A stretch of 38,773 nt of DNA from the NCBI GenBank assembly GCA_040905465.1, contig JBBDRK010000066.1, forward strand, positions 19,836 through 58,608, in the 5' to 3' direction. The notes beneath the pieces are model-generated. The model made no database searches and was not told where the DNA came from. It worked only from the letters and a program-made list of their open reading frames with translations. Every line of letters begins with the position of its first letter. Position 1 is the first letter of the stretch. The translations under genes and the position numbers were made by a program. The stretch comes from Trueperaceae bacterium (GTDB lineage Bacteria > Deinococcota > Deinococci > Deinococcales > Trueperaceae). This document shows positions 1 to 9,019 of this stretch, one piece after another.

Positions 1-24
1 CAGCCGGTCCTCATGCAGCCGGTC

Positions 25-471
25 TCAGGCACCTGCGAACTCGGCAGGCAGCGGTTCGATCTGCAGCAGCGCGCGCTCGGCGACCAGATCGGCCAGGGAG
101 GTCGAGCGGAGCACTTCACGAACGGCACCATCAACCCGCCGCCACAGCGACTCGGTCGAGCAGTTGCCGGTCCGCCCGCAGGCAGCTGCATCGTCGATGC
201 AATGGACCGGAGCGACGCTGCCCTCCAGGAGCTCTACGACCTCGAGCGCGTCGATCTCGTCGAGCGGTTTGGCGATTCGGTACCCCCCGTGGGCGCCTCG
301 TACCGACTCGACGTAGCCGGCACGGCGCAGAACGGCGAAAATCTGTTCCAGGTACTGCTGGCTCAGGCTCTGCCGGTCTGCCACCGCCTTCAGGCTGGTC
401 GGGCGACCGCCACCGATGGCAACCTCGACCAGTGCCCGCATCCCGTACTGCGCCTTGGTGGAAACCCACAT
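25..471 (-). CDS. Rrf2-family transcriptional regulator, IscR-like (three Cys, probable Fe-S binding)
   Basis: N-terminus MWVSTKAQYGMRAL, wHTH SLSQQYLEQIF...SVRGAHGGY, and C-x6-C-x5-C (HCIDDAAACGRTGNC). SD-like GAGGTGAAGG before the ATG. Confidence 0.9.
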   Translation of the reverse strand: MWVSTKAQYGMRALVEVAIGGGRPTSLKAVADRQSLSQQYLEQIFAVLRRAGYVESVRGAHGGYRIAKPLDEIDALEVVELLEGSVAPVHCIDDAAACGRTGNCSTESLWRRVDGAVREVLRSTSLADLVAERALLQIEPLPAEFAGA

Positions 472-484
472 ACCTTCACCTCGA

Positions 485-539
485 TTCGGAACGATTCCGA
501 ACTCGGCCCAGTATAAGGCGCGCCAGCTCGGCTGGTCAA
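485..539 (-). promoter_or_regulatory. Sigma70-type promoter and palindromic operator of the Rrf2 gene
   Basis: On the minus strand, TTGACC (539-534)-N18-TATACT (515-510). A perfect inverted repeat TTCGGAA-CGA-TTCCGAA (485-501) lies between the -10 and the SD. Confidence 0.65.
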
Positions 540-554
540 CGAAGCGCCGGCGGG

Positions 555-908
555 CTAAAGATTCTCCCGCACGAGCGCCATCAGCTGGCTGGGCCGAAAC
601 GGCATCTGCACGCTCGACGAAGCGCCGTCCTTGCCGGCACCGCCACCCTCGGACGCCCTGGGAGTCAGCAGGATCACCGGAATCTCCGCCGCCGCTTCGC
701 TTTCCTTGAGACGCTCCGTTACAGCGACCCCGCTGTCGTCCTGAAGCCGCTCATCGAGCACGATGAGGTCGGGCTGCTCGTTCTCGGCGAGCTCGACACC
801 CTCGTCTCCGGACACGGAAGAAAGCACCTCGAACCCCTCCAATTCGAACTTGGAACGCAGGAGGTCGAGCATGTGTGACTGTTTGTCGATCAGCAATACC
901 TTTGCCAC
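555..908 (-). CDS. Stand-alone response regulator receiver (CheY-like), atypical
   Basis: KVLLID...PDLIVLD...IPVILLT...MPF receiver pattern. GTG at 908 preferred to TTG at 1004 because homology starts there. Confidence 0.8.
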   Translation of the reverse strand: MAKVLLIDKQSHMLDLLRSKFELEGFEVLSSVSGDEGVELAENEQPDLIVLDERLQDDSGVAVTERLKESEAAAEIPVILLTPRASEGGGAGKDGASSSVQMPFRPSQLMALVRENL

Positions 909-1000
909 TGTCGGTACTCTACTCGTGGCATCGTAACGCGGTCTGTGCCCGATGTCCACGCGGGCCCGGTGTCGGTTCGGCAGTTGGCGGCGAGCGGTTC

Positions 1001-2242
1001 TCAAGGGAGCAGCGACAACGGATCGACCGCCACGCCACCGATGCGGATCTCGAAGTGCAGGTGAGGGCCGGTCGAAGCCCCGGTCGAGCCGGCCAGCGCA
1101 ATGACGTCTCCTTGCCTGACGATCTCGCCCGGCACGACCAGGACGCTGCTGAGGTGGGCATAACGCGTCTGGAGCGAGTCGTCATGGTCGAGATAGACCG
1201 AATAACCGTAGGCGCCCACCCAGCCGGTGCGGCCCACCACGCCGTCTAGCGCGGCAGCTACCGGTGTTCCCGTGTCCACCGCAAGATCTATTCCCCCGTG
1301 GAACCGGTTGCCGGCGACCGATATGTCGCGCCAGCCGAAGCTGGAGCTCAAACGCCCGGTCAGCGGCAAGATGAAGTCTTGCGACATCGGTCTGAACTCT
1401 CCCAGCAGCGCCGGCGCACCGCGCAGCAGCTCCGCCTGCAGCAACGCATGCCAATCGGCGCCCTCGACCGGGTCGATCGGGCCCGCCGCCCCGTCCATCG
1501 GGGCAGCCCGGGCGGCAGTCGTGTCAGTTGCGGCCGTTGCTTCAGCAGTCCCGCCGGCAGTCCCGCCGGCAGTTCCGGCAGCAGCTCCCCCGGGTGCCCC
1601 GACCCCGGCATCGCCGGCCCTGGTGTCATCGGACTCTGCGGGCAAGCCAGGAGTAGGTAACGCGGGCGCGGACTCGACGGTTGCCCGGTCCGCGCCGCCC
1701 ACCGCCTGCGGCACCGGCAGCAGCAACCAGCCGCCCTCTACCGGCTCGGCCAGGCTCGCCAGCCCGTTGACCCTGAGCAGCTCGGCTGGCGATACGCCGT
1801 GGCCGATGGCGAGTTCGAGCAGAGACGCTCCGGCCTGCAGGCGCAGTGGCAGGCCGTCGGTCGGCGGAACGCGCACCGCGGTCTCGGGAGCAAGCTGAGC
1901 CGAACCGTCGAGCTCGGGATTGGCCAGGCGCAACGTCACAACCAGCAGTCCGAAGCGGCGGGCGACATCGGTGAGGTTCTCACCCGCCTGTGACCGCTCG
2001 GTACGGAAGCCGGGTCCTGCCGGGAGCTCGATCAACTGACCCACTCGCAGGAGATCGCCGCTCAACGCATTCGCGTTACGCAGCGCCTCGACTGTCGTGC
2101 CGTAGCGTCCGGCGAGTGCGAACAGCGTGTCACCGGGCGCGACCAGGTGCTGGCGCTGAGCGCTCGCGAGGGAACTCACGACTCCCAAAAAAACGAGGGC
2201 GCCGGCAAGCACCGCTCGCCGCGCCCTCATGGTGCCGATCAT
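1001..2242 (-). CDS. Exported LysM-repeat M23 family peptidoglycan endopeptidase
   Basis: Signal peptide, about three LysM repeats (HLVAPGDTLFALAGRYG...), an Ala/Gly-rich linker, and M23 motifs HGGID, YAHLS and STGPHLHFE. The start could be 2230. Confidence 0.9.
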   Translation of the reverse strand: MIGTMRARRAVLAGALVFLGVVSSLASAQRQHLVAPGDTLFALAGRYGTTVEALRNANALSGDLLRVGQLIELPAGPGFRTERSQAGENLTDVARRFGLLVVTLRLANPELDGSAQLAPETAVRVPPTDGLPLRLQAGASLLELAIGHGVSPAELLRVNGLASLAEPVEGGWLLLPVPQAVGGADRATVESAPALPTPGLPAESDDTRAGDAGVGAPGGAAAGTAGGTAGGTAEATAATDTTAARAAPMDGAAGPIDPVEGADWHALLQAELLRGAPALLGEFRPMSQDFILPLTGRLSSSFGWRDISVAGNRFHGGIDLAVDTGTPVAAALDGVVGRTGWVGAYGYSVYLDHDDSLQTRYAHLSSVLVVPGEIVRQGDVIALAGSTGASTGPHLHFEIRIGGVAVDPLSLLP

Positions 2243-2257
2243 GCACTCAGGCTATCT

Positions 2258-3841
2258 TTACCCCTGTCCCAGTGTGGAGAGGAACTCCTCATTCGACTTC
2301 GTGCGCGACAGGCGCGACAGCAGCATCTCCATCGCCTCGGCGGCGTCCATGTCGGAGATGACCTTGCGCAGCAGCCACATCTTGGCCAGCGCGCCTTCGG
2401 TCAGGAGCAGGTCCTCGCGCCTGGTGCCCGACTTGAGTATGTCGATCGCCGGGAATATGCGTCGTTCCTCGAGCCGGCGTGACAGGTGCAACTCCATGTT
2501 GCCGGTCCCCTTGAACTCCTCGAAGATGACGTCGTCCATGCGCGAACCGGTCTCGACCAGAGCGGTTGCCAGGATCGACAGCGAGCCGCCGCCGCGAATG
2601 TTTCGGGCAGCTCCCAGGAAGCGCTTTGGCCAGTGCAGCGCGCTGGAGTCGAGGCCGCCCGATAGGGTGCGGCCGGTCGCCGGCGTCACCAGGTTGTTCG
2701 CACGCGCCAGTCGGGTGATCGAGTCGAGCAGGATCATGGCATGTCCGCCCTCCTCGACTATCCGCCGGGCGCGCTCGTGAACGAACTCGGCGACCCTGAT
2801 ATGGTTCGCGGGCGGCTCGTCGAAGGTCGAGGCGATGACTTCGACGCCCTGGACCGACTCCCGGAAGTCGGTGACTTCCTCGGGTCGCTCGTCGACCAGA
2901 AGCACGATGACCTTTATCTCCGGCTCATTGGTGATCACCGAATTGGCGATCGCCTTGAGCAGTGTGGTCTTACCGGCTTTCGGCGGAGCGACGATGAGTC
3001 CGCGCTGGCCGCGACCGATTGGCGCCAGCAAGTCGATGACTCGAGCAGACAACTCGTTCTGGGTAGTTTCCAGCTCGATGCGCTTCTCGGGGAAGGTGGG
3101 CACCAGGTCGTCGAAGCGCGGACGCTTGGCGGCCTGGAAGGGGTCGACGCCGTTTACGGCCTCGACCCTGATGAGGGTGCCGTATCGCTCGTTGTCTCGT
3201 GGACGGCGAGCCTTGCCCAGGATAAAGTCGCCGGTGCGCAACCGGAACTGCTTGATCAGCCCGGCCGAGACGATCACCGAGCGGGTGTTGTTCTGGAGCA
3301 ACGACTCCTGCAGGAAGCCGTAGCCGTCGGAGGAAATCTCCAGGTAGCCGCGAACCAGCTTGAGCCCCTCGGACTCAGACGAGCGTTCCAGGATCGCTAT
3401 CGCCAGCTCGTCCTTCTCCATCTGGCGGTACTCTTCGAGCCCCACCTCCTTGGCGATCAGGTGCAGCTCGGGAACGATCTTGGACTGCAGGTCACGGTAA
3501 TTGAGGCCCTGCTTGCGGCCGTTGCCGCGAGCCCGACGGTTGCGACCGCCGCGGCTTTCCTGTTCGGCCTGGCCGTCGGTGCCGGGCTGCTCGTCGCCTG
3601 TTTCGCCGTCACCGGCTTCCAGGGCCAATTCGGCTTCGACCTGGCGCGCCTCTTCGGCGGTCTCCGCTTCCGCGGCAGCCGCCGCGGCCTTCTCAGGGTC
3701 GGACTTCTTGCGCCGGCCACCGCCACCGCCGCCGCCTTCCGGCTTCTTGCGCGGCCTGCCGCGCCTCTTCGGCTGATGCTCGTCGCTGTCTGCTGCCGCG
3801 GTCACCACCTCCGAGTCGCTCTTTCGGGGACGTGGGCTCAT
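2258..3841 (-). CDS. rho: Transcription termination factor Rho with an N-terminal charged extension
   Basis: GYGFLQ RNA-binding motif, APIGRGQRGLIVAPPKAGKT, DERPEEVTD, LDSITRLARA and EEFKGTGNME. Start placed at ATG 3841 (MSPRPRK); the ORF is open to GTG 3943. Confidence 0.97.
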   Translation of the reverse strand: MSPRPRKSDSEVVTAAADSDEHQPKRRGRPRKKPEGGGGGGGRRKKSDPEKAAAAAAEAETAEEARQVEAELALEAGDGETGDEQPGTDGQAEQESRGGRNRRARGNGRKQGLNYRDLQSKIVPELHLIAKEVGLEEYRQMEKDELAIAILERSSESEGLKLVRGYLEISSDGYGFLQESLLQNNTRSVIVSAGLIKQFRLRTGDFILGKARRPRDNERYGTLIRVEAVNGVDPFQAAKRPRFDDLVPTFPEKRIELETTQNELSARVIDLLAPIGRGQRGLIVAPPKAGKTTLLKAIANSVITNEPEIKVIVLLVDERPEEVTDFRESVQGVEVIASTFDEPPANHIRVAEFVHERARRIVEEGGHAMILLDSITRLARANNLVTPATGRTLSGGLDSSALHWPKRFLGAARNIRGGGSLSILATALVETGSRMDDVIFEEFKGTGNMELHLSRRLEERRIFPAIDILKSGTRREDLLLTEGALAKMWLLRKVISDMDAAEAMEMLLSRLSRTKSNEEFLSTLGQG

Positions 3842-4074
3842 GACGCGCCGCCCCCAAGGGGGCGCTGCACGTCGCCTATGGACTGCTTCAACTCGCCGAT
3901 CATGGTCGTGCCTCTCAAACTGGGATTCTATGGAAGTGCGCACGGGCTCACCCGATGACGTTCCGGCGCGCTCTCGTCCTGGCAGTGCGACGGCTTTCGA
4001 TGCGATCCGCCGAGACCAGGTTTTCTGAGGAAGTGCAGCGACACAACTCGCGTCTGGAACTGACCGCGCTCTTG

Positions 4075-4135
4075 TTGACTAAGTCCAATGCCGGCTGCTA
4101 GGTTTAGTATATGCAGGGTGACTTGCGCTTGTAAA
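4075..4135. promoter_or_regulatory. Overlapping divergent sigma70-type promoters for rho (minus) and the T-box-ileS leader (plus)
   Basis: Plus strand: TTGACT (4075-4080)-N18-TAGGTT (4099-4104). Minus strand: TTTACA (4135-4130)-N18-TATACT (4111-4106). Confidence 0.6.
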
Positions 4136-4177
4136 GCGACGAGGTCACCTGGAGGCGCCGCGAGGCTGCTTCCGGCA

Positions 4178-4470
4178 AGGCTGAGACGGGAACGAGTAGG
4201 GCCTCAAGGACCCGACAGCGAGCCGGGGATGGTGAAAGCCCGGCGGGCACCGAGACCACGAAAATCCTCCCCGAGCCGCTCCCCGAAAGTCGCCCGGCGA
4301 CGAGTAGACGGAGCCGCGTGACGCCCGTTAGAGCGTCAGGCTATCCGCAGGGTAGCCGGAGAGGCTCCTGAGCCGCAAGGCAGGAGCGAAGTTGGGTGGT
4401 ACCGCGCTTCGGCGCCCCAATGCACGTCCTGTTGCTGAGCCCTCAGGACGAGGCGGTCGGGGCGTTTTTT
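4178..4470 (+). ncRNA. T-box riboswitch, Ile specifier, transcription attenuation type
   Basis: AGTA box (4195-4198), AGCGA and GGTGAAA distal motifs, specifier GAAA-ATC (ATC 4264-4266 is an Ile codon), stem II AGTAG, F-box CCGTTA, T-box GGGTGGTACCGCG (4394-4406), antiterminator TTGGG/CCCAA with a TGGTACC bulge and a GCG-cTTCGg-CGC helix. Directly upstream of ileS. Confidence 0.95.
4413..4470 (+). terminator. T-box attenuator intrinsic terminator
   Basis: CGCCCC (4413-4418) pairs with GGGGCG (4459-4464), followed by T6 (4465-4470). Mutually exclusive with the antiterminator. Confidence 0.85.
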
Positions 4471-4494
4471 CGTGCTCCGGAGGGCGAGGTGCCC

Positions 4495-7400
4495 ATGTTC
4501 GAAGACGTTACAAGCAACGTTGACCTTCCCGGCCTGGAACGGCTGATCATGGCGTTCTGGAAAGATCGGGACATATTCCGCAAGTCGATCGACAAGCCCG
4601 CCCCAAAGGGCGACTATGTCTTCTACGAAGGTCCACCCACCGCCAATGGCAAGCCGGGCCTGCACCACGTGAGCGCTCGCGCTTACAAGGACCTGTTTCC
4701 GCGCTTCAAGACGATGCAGGGTTACCGGGTCGGGCGCAAGGGCGGCTGGGACACGCACGGGCTGCCGGTCGAGATGGCGATAGAGAAGCGCCTGGGGTTC
4801 ACATCGAAACAGCAGATCGAGGAGTACGGGATCGAACGCTTCAACGACCTCTGCCGCTCCTACGTCTTCGAGAACATCCGCGACTGGAACGAGATGACCG
4901 AGCGGATCGGCTTCTGGCTCGATCTCGAGAACGCCTATGTGACCTACCACAACGGCTACATCGAGTCGTGTTGGTGGGTGATGAAGCAACTCTTCGAGCG
5001 GGGCCTGCTGGTCGAGGACTACAAGACGACCTGGCACAGCGCCAGGTCGAACACCACCCTGGCCTCCCATGAGGTGGCGCAGGGCTACCGCGAGGACGTC
5101 GAAGACCCCTCGGTGTATCCGAAGTTCCAGGCCGACTCCGTGCAGCTCCACGTCCGCGGAATCATTCCGCCCCACGAGCAACGCCCGGTATTCCTGCTCG
5201 GCTGGACCACCACACCGTGGACCCTGGCGGCGAACACGGGCCTGGCGGTGAAGCCGGGAGCCGAGTATGCGCTGGTGGCGGCGCCGCCACGTCATGGCGA
5301 GCGGCACGAAGAGGAGGGCGAGCAGCATCTGTACCTGCTCGCCAGCACGCTGGTCGAGCGGGTTTTCGAAGAGAACCGGCACGAGGTGCTCGGAAAGCGT
5401 CGCGCGGAGGAGCTCGACGGGCTTTCCTACCGCCCTCTCCTGCACGGTCAACGGCCCGCCGGCGCCGACCTCCAGGGCGGATGGCGGGTCGTGCTCGACG
5501 ACTACGTGAGCCTCGAAGACGGCACCGGAGTGGTGCACCTGGCCCCCGCCTACGGTGACCTCGACAAGGGGCGCGAGCACCGCCTGCCCACGCTCTTCTC
5601 GGTCGGACTGACCGGCCTGGTGATGCCGGAGGTGCGTCCGCTCGACTCGGAGGAGGCTCCGGGACCGTACGCCGGAATGTGGTTCAAGGACGCCGACGGA
5701 CCGATATCGGACGACCTGCTGGAGCGCGGCCTGCTGTACCGGAAGACTACGATCCGGCATGCCTATCCGTTCAACTGGCGCGACGAGACGGAGCCGCTCC
5801 TGAACGTCGCCAAGAAGAGCTGGTACATCCGCACCACCGCGGTCCGGGAGAAGCTCCTGGCGAACAACGAAAGGATCAACTGGGTTCCCGACCACGTCAG
5901 GAGCGGCCGCTTCGGAAAGTGGCTCGAGAACAACGTCGACTGGGCGCTCTCGCGCGAGCGCTACTGGGGCGCGCCGATGCCGATCTGGGAGAGTGACGAT
6001 GGCGAGCGGGTATGCGTCGGAAGCGTCGAGGAGCTCTCCAGGCTGGCCGGGCGCGACCTTTCCGGTCTCGAACTGCACCGACCCTACGTCGACGAGATCA
6101 CCTTCGACCGGGGCGGCAAGACCTTCCGCCGGGTGCCTTACACCGTGGACGTCTGGTTCGAGTCGGGCGCGATGCCCTACGCCCAATGGCACTATCAGGG
6201 CAAGGAAGACACTCCTGTGGCGCACCAGCGCCTGGCCGCGAACTTTCCCGCCGACTACATCTGCGAGGCGGTGGATCAGACCCGCGGCTGGTTCTACAGC
6301 CTGCACGCCCTGGCGACGCTGCTCACCGACAGCGATGGAGGCGAAGGAGAACGCCCCGCCGGGCCGCTAGCCGACCTCGAGCCCGATACCTCGGCATTTC
6401 GCAACGTCATCGTGCTCGGCCACATCGTCGACGAGAACGGTGAAAAGATGAGCAAGTCGAAGGGCAATGTGGTCGATCCATGGAGCGTGCTGGACGCTCA
6501 GGGGGCCGACGCGTTGCGCTGGTACCTGTACAGCTCCAGCCCGCCCGGAGCAACCAAGCGCTTCAGCCAGAATCTGGTCGAGGAGACGGTACGCGACTTC
6601 TTCAACACGCTCTGGAGCACCTACCGCTTCTTCGTCATGTACGCCAACCTCGACCGCCCGGAACTGCGAGAGCCGGTGGCGGTGTCCGAACGTCCTCTGA
6701 TCGACCGCTGGCTGTCCGCCAGGCTCGCCGCCCTGGTTCGCGATGTGACCGCCATGCTGGATGCGTACGACCCGACCGCGGCCAGTCGCGCCGTTCGCGA
6801 CTTCATGGTCGACGAGCTGTCGAACTGGTACGTGAGGCGCAACCGGCGCCGCTTCTGGAAGAGCGAAGACGACCGCGACAAGGCTGCCGCCTACGCCTCG
6901 CTTCACGAGGCGCTGGTGACGGTCGCCAAGCTCATGGCGCCGATGGCGCCGTTCATGGCGGAGGCGATTTACCGAAACCTGGTGGTGGGGCTCGACCGCG
7001 CGGCCCCCGAAAGCGTCCACCTCGCCGACTGGCCGCGGGTCGACTCGGCGCAGCTCGACGAGGAACTCCTGCGCGACATGGCGGCCCTGGTGAAGGTGGT
7101 GGAGCTCGGCCGCGCCGCCCGGGCAGCGAGCGGTGTGAAAACTCGCCAGCCGTTGCCCGAGGTGCTGGTGCGCGTCCGCTCTCCAGCGGAGCTGGCCGGC
7201 CTCAAGCGCCTCGAGCACGAGCTGCTCGACGAGCTGAACGTCAAGCGCGTCCGTTACCTGGAGGTCACCGACGACTTCGTCGACTACCAGGTGAAGCCCA
7301 ACCTGCCGCTCCTCGGAAAGCGAATGGGCAAGCTCGTTCCAGACCTGCGGCGCGCCCTCGAACTGACCGACGGCCGCGAGATCGCCCGCAACGTGCGCGA

Positions 7401-7812
7401 AAGACGCAACACTTTGATCACCTTGCAGGGCGAGCCGTACGACTTCGAACCGGAGGCCTTCCTGCTCGACGCCCGCAGCCCCGAAGGTTTCGCGGCGGTC
7501 GAGGAGCGCGGATACCTCGCCGCTCTCGATACCAGGCTCAGTCCCGAGCTGCTCCGCGAAGGCATGGCGCGCGACGTGGTCCGGTTGGTACAGAATGCCC
7601 GCAAGAACGCAGGGCTCGAGGTATCGGACAGGATCGTAGTCGGGCTGACGGCCGGCTCACCCCTCGCGGAAGCGATCACGGAGCATCGCTCGTCACTGGC
7701 CAGCGAGGTGCTCGCCGACGACTTGGGGCTGCAATCGGTAGACAGTCCTCTGCATGTGGAGGACGGGGAGGTCGAGGGTCAACCGATCTCGATAAGCTTG
7801 CGGAAGGCGTAA
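4495..7812 (+). CDS. ileS: Isoleucine--tRNA ligase, type 2 (IleRS2)
   Basis: FYEGPPTANGKPGLHH, GWDTHGLPVE, editing-domain WTTTPWTL and GTGVVHLAPAYG, DWALSRERYWG, KMSKS, and IleRS2-type C-terminus EGMARDVVRLVQNARK. ATG 4495 follows GAGG; the Ile T-box lies upstream. Confidence 0.98.
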   Translation: MFEDVTSNVDLPGLERLIMAFWKDRDIFRKSIDKPAPKGDYVFYEGPPTANGKPGLHHVSARAYKDLFPRFKTMQGYRVGRKGGWDTHGLPVEMAIEKRLGFTSKQQIEEYGIERFNDLCRSYVFENIRDWNEMTERIGFWLDLENAYVTYHNGYIESCWWVMKQLFERGLLVEDYKTTWHSARSNTTLASHEVAQGYREDVEDPSVYPKFQADSVQLHVRGIIPPHEQRPVFLLGWTTTPWTLAANTGLAVKPGAEYALVAAPPRHGERHEEEGEQHLYLLASTLVERVFEENRHEVLGKRRAEELDGLSYRPLLHGQRPAGADLQGGWRVVLDDYVSLEDGTGVVHLAPAYGDLDKGREHRLPTLFSVGLTGLVMPEVRPLDSEEAPGPYAGMWFKDADGPISDDLLERGLLYRKTTIRHAYPFNWRDETEPLLNVAKKSWYIRTTAVREKLLANNERINWVPDHVRSGRFGKWLENNVDWALSRERYWGAPMPIWESDDGERVCVGSVEELSRLAGRDLSGLELHRPYVDEITFDRGGKTFRRVPYTVDVWFESGAMPYAQWHYQGKEDTPVAHQRLAANFPADYICEAVDQTRGWFYSLHALATLLTDSDGGEGERPAGPLADLEPDTSAFRNVIVLGHIVDENGEKMSKSKGNVVDPWSVLDAQGADALRWYLYSSSPPGATKRFSQNLVEETVRDFFNTLWSTYRFFVMYANLDRPELREPVAVSERPLIDRWLSARLAALVRDVTAMLDAYDPTAASRAVRDFMVDELSNWYVRRNRRRFWKSEDDRDKAAAYASLHEALVTVAKLMAPMAPFMAEAIYRNLVVGLDRAAPESVHLADWPRVDSAQLDEELLRDMAALVKVVELGRAARAASGVKTRQPLPEVLVRVRSPAELAGLKRLEHELLDELNVKRVRYLEVTDDFVDYQVKPNLPLLGKRMGKLVPDLRRALELTDGREIARNVRERRNTLITLQGEPYDFEPEAFLLDARSPEGFAAVEERGYLAALDTRLSPELLREGMARDVVRLVQNARKNAGLEVSDRIVVGLTAGSPLAEAITEHRSSLASEVLADDLGLQSVDSPLHVEDGEVEGQPISISLRKA

Positions 7813-7884
7813 CGTCGTGCAGGAGCCGCGACTCCCAAGTGGGTTAGAATCGCCGCGTTCCGCAGCGGGCACTGCTGTCCCTGA

Positions 7885-8955
<1,071 letters not shown>

Positions 8956-9019
8956 CCGCGTCCGGCTACCAAGCTCGCGCTTGCCTTGCGCTCGCCGGCC
9001 GGGGCTGGGCCGCCACCGT

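Noticed and set aside
1-24. 9-nt direct repeat CAGCCGGTC as a target-site duplication
   Set aside because: No transposase or terminal inverted repeats; at the window edge and plausibly chance.
909-1004. TTG 1004 start for the receiver protein, coupled to the M23 stop
   Set aside because: The extra 32 aa are Arg-rich with no receiver similarity; GTG 908 fits better, though the longer start is not excluded.
1540-1590. 12-nt repeat (GGTA) in the LysM-M23 linker
   Set aside because: Ordinary low-complexity linker with only two to three copies.
4396-4494. Upstream GTG start for ileS
   Set aside because: Lies inside the T-box antiterminator/terminator; ATG 4495 has an SD and matches the IleRS2 N-terminus.
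4336-6306. 656-aa antisense ORF, and similar ones at 2741-3958, 7693-9177, 30197-31516, 33176-34807 and 35735-37201
   Set aside because: Shadow ORFs opposite well-conserved genes, expected from high-GC codon bias; no recognisable domains.
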